Positions 6,336 to 7,973 of a stretch of 7,973 bases of DNA are shown in pieces. Positions within the stretch are counted from its first letter, which is position 1; each line of letters opens with the position of its first letter. The position numbers were made by a program, and so were the translations under genes. The notes below the pieces were generated by a model. It was not told the origin of the DNA, made no database searches, and worked only from the letters and a program-made list of their open reading frames with translations. This DNA is from Candidatus Wukongarchaeum yapensis (GTDB lineage: Archaea; Asgardarchaeota; Wukongarchaeia; Wukongarchaeales; Wukongarchaeaceae), in the NCBI GenBank assembly GCA_016840425.1, contig JAEOSI010000096.1:1-7973 (forward strand), in the 5' to 3' direction.

Positions 6336-7627
6336 TTACCGGTATAAGTTGTCTTCAAAGCTTTTAGGCGTCGTATTGGCACAATATAATCGGAGTTTAA
6401 GCGGTTTCTTTACAACATCTCCTATTGTGCCTCCTACAAGTATACTTATGTCTTTTTCAGCAGCTACGTCAACAATACGCTGTGTTATGACTCCATCAAA
6501 AACTACAGCGTGAATTTTTTCCGCTATATTTTGAATCTTTTCAACTAATTCTCTTACCGGTATCCTTGAAATTTCTTTGAAATTTTCGTCAAGTAAAACG
6601 CTTTCACCAGTACCTTCTATTTGCACAACGATATCGGTTAAGGGTTCGGGTAGATCTATCCTTTCTTCTTCCTTTTTTGGCAGAGGGGCTTTAATGGCTT
6701 TTTCTTCTATTATCTTCTTTTTTTCAAGCTGTTTCTTAGGTTTTCTTGCTTTTAGAGAGATTTCTGGTAATTGCTCTAACGGCATCTTGTTTCTTAAAGC
6801 CTTAATCACTTCTTTCCTTTTAAGTTCTTCAACTTCTTTACTTGGAGGAGCTCTTGATACATAGTCAACATCTGCCACTTGCAACAGTTCAGCTAAAATA
6901 AGATCACCGCCTCGATCACCGTCAAGAAAAGCGGTAACAGTTTTTGATTTGGATAGCTCAATGATTGTCTTTGGTATGCTCGTGCCTTCTACCGCTATAG
7001 TGTTTCTTATACCGTATTTTAAGAGATTAACAACGTCCGCCCTCCCCTCAACGATTATTATGCTGTCAGCTTCTTCCACATCAGGACCACCAGGAAGTCC
7101 TTCGTGACCGTAATTTTTAATAGTGCTTCCCCGAACCGATTTAACCACTTCTTCTGCAAGTTCGGAGTAGCTTAGGCTTTCTCCTTCCTCCCAGTTTCGA
7201 ATCAAGTCAATAGCCCTATCGATCACTTGTCGCCTTTTCGATTCTCTAACGTCTTCTATCTTTTCAACTCTAACATTCGCTTCACAAGGACCGATACGAT
7301 CAACTGTTTCTAAAGCACCAGCCAATATGGCTGTCTCAACTTTATCTAGAGAGCTTGGAATTATTATTGAGCCGGAGCATTTTCCGCCTTCACTTTTCAG
7401 CTCTACTTGAATTCTACCAATCCGCCCCGATTTTTGTAGTTCACGCAATTCTAAGTCCGGGCCTAAAAGACCCTCCGTTTAACCCCGATCGTGAGATTCC
7501 ACGCCCCGGTTTGGCCAAAAAGAGCGCCAACTACATCAGACTTTTCACACATGCCGTTAGTTTCAAACCGAGAACGGATTAAATATTTAGTAGTACCGCT
7601 CATTATCGAGCTTGTATCTCTACCCAT
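6336..7627 (-). CDS. dnaG: Archaeal DnaG (TOPRIM protein, exosome-associated in Sulfolobus). Two exons: 7627-7511 and 7478-6336, predicted 419 aa
   Basis: Exon 1 (39 codons): MGRDTSSIMSGTTKYLIRSRFETNGMCEKSDVVGALFGQ, with AGGAGGA SD at 7643-7637. Exon 2 begins TEGLLGPDLELRELQKSGRIGRI and contains TOPRIM motifs IIVEGRADV and FLDGDRGGD, plus the C-terminal FDGVITQR. Joined, they give the canonical archaeal DnaG N-terminus. Confidence 0.93.
7479..7510 (-). other. 32-nt bulge-helix-bulge (BHB) intron in a protein-coding gene
   Basis: RNA ACCGGGGCGUGGAAUCUCACGAUCGGGGUUAA. Exon GGCC pairs with intron GGUU (central 4-bp helix), each strand followed by an AAA bulge. Inner stems are CCGG/UCGG and CGUG/CACG. 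Cuts after the second bulge nucleotide give GGC CAA|ACG GAG GGU (G-Q-T-E-G). Confidence 0.85.
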
Positions 7628-7636
7628 GATTATGAA

Positions 7637-7672
7637 TCCTCCTGAAAAATTTTCGTTTCTAAACGATTAAAA
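7637..7672 (-). promoter_or_regulatory. dnaG SD (AGGAGGA) and candidate TATA-like box with an adjacent palindrome
   Basis: Minus strand reads TTTTAATC (7672-7665), CGTTTAGAAACG, then AGGAGGA 9 nt before ATG 7627. TCGTTT-ct-AAACGA palindrome at 7653-7666. Confidence 0.45.
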
Positions 7673-7973
7673 GGCGCAAAAAACAAAACGCCTTCTACAA
7701 TACATTCTAAGCTAAGGTTTTAACCAACATTTTTACAAATTACAAGCAAATAAATGGTATAAGTAAACGTTATATTAGTGAGGAATTTCTTTACAGATGA
7801 TACAACATGTTTTATATCTTTAACCTTTACTATAATAATTATATGGTTTTTCAGAATTAAAAATCTTCATATTATATATACTTTACATGATCTTCGTTTG
7901 GCTAACTATTTTAAGATTTCCGAATTCTCCAAAGATAGGAAAAAATAGATAATAAATAAAAGAAAGGGGGTGG

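Noticed and set aside
6307-6864. Plus-strand ORFs 6307-6513 and 6577-6864
   Set aside because: Antisense shadows of dnaG.
6336-7448. ORF-track DnaG of 370 aa starting at TTG 7448, or dnaG as a frameshifted pseudogene
   Set aside because: That TTG is the Leu of the conserved LRELQ motif. The missing N-terminus is present upstream with a strong SD, both exons are undecayed, and BHB splicing restores the frame exactly.
7474-7514. Alternative BHB register with AACC/GGUU as the central helix and a GGG bulge
   Set aside because: It would excise 27 nt, leave the frame broken, and has no closing inner pair.
7474-7514. Programmed ribosomal frameshift or sequencing error as the cause of the dnaG break
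   Set aside because: A frameshift would leave about 10 extra residues inside an invariant motif, and a simple indel error would not create 32 structured GC-rich nucleotides. Read mapping would still be the formal test.
7355-7582. 75-aa plus-strand ORF spanning the intron
   Set aside because: Antisense to both dnaG exons, with no motif or SD support.
7680-7973. AT-rich tail examined for CRISPR leader/repeats, ORB elements or a tRNA
   Set aside because: No repeat-spacer units, cloverleaf or ORB motif. It is best explained as intergenic promoter DNA for a gene beyond the window.

Overview
Archaeal, AT-rich window. A two-domain Rpo5, a sequon-rich surface protein and TTG starts point to Asgard or Bathyarchaeia/TACK, but the lineage is an inference. 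Gene order: (-) membrane-anchored GIFT/DUF4350-like surface glycoprotein; (+) RNA polymerase subunit Rpo5 with a eukaryote-RPB5-like N-terminal domain; (+) cofD; (+) uncharacterised membrane-anchored exported protein; (+) cofC; (+) M24B Xaa-Pro peptidase; (-) archaeal dnaG. Main result: dnaG appears to be split by a 32-nt intron (7479-7510, minus strand) inside the conserved FGQ|TEG motif. The junction folds into a bulge-helix-bulge (BHB) motif (AAA bulge, 4-bp GGCC/GGUU helix, AAA bulge). Cutting at the standard endonuclease positions restores the frame and gives a 419-aa DnaG, of which the ORF track shows only the last 370 aa. No CRISPR array, rRNA, tRNA or transposase was seen.
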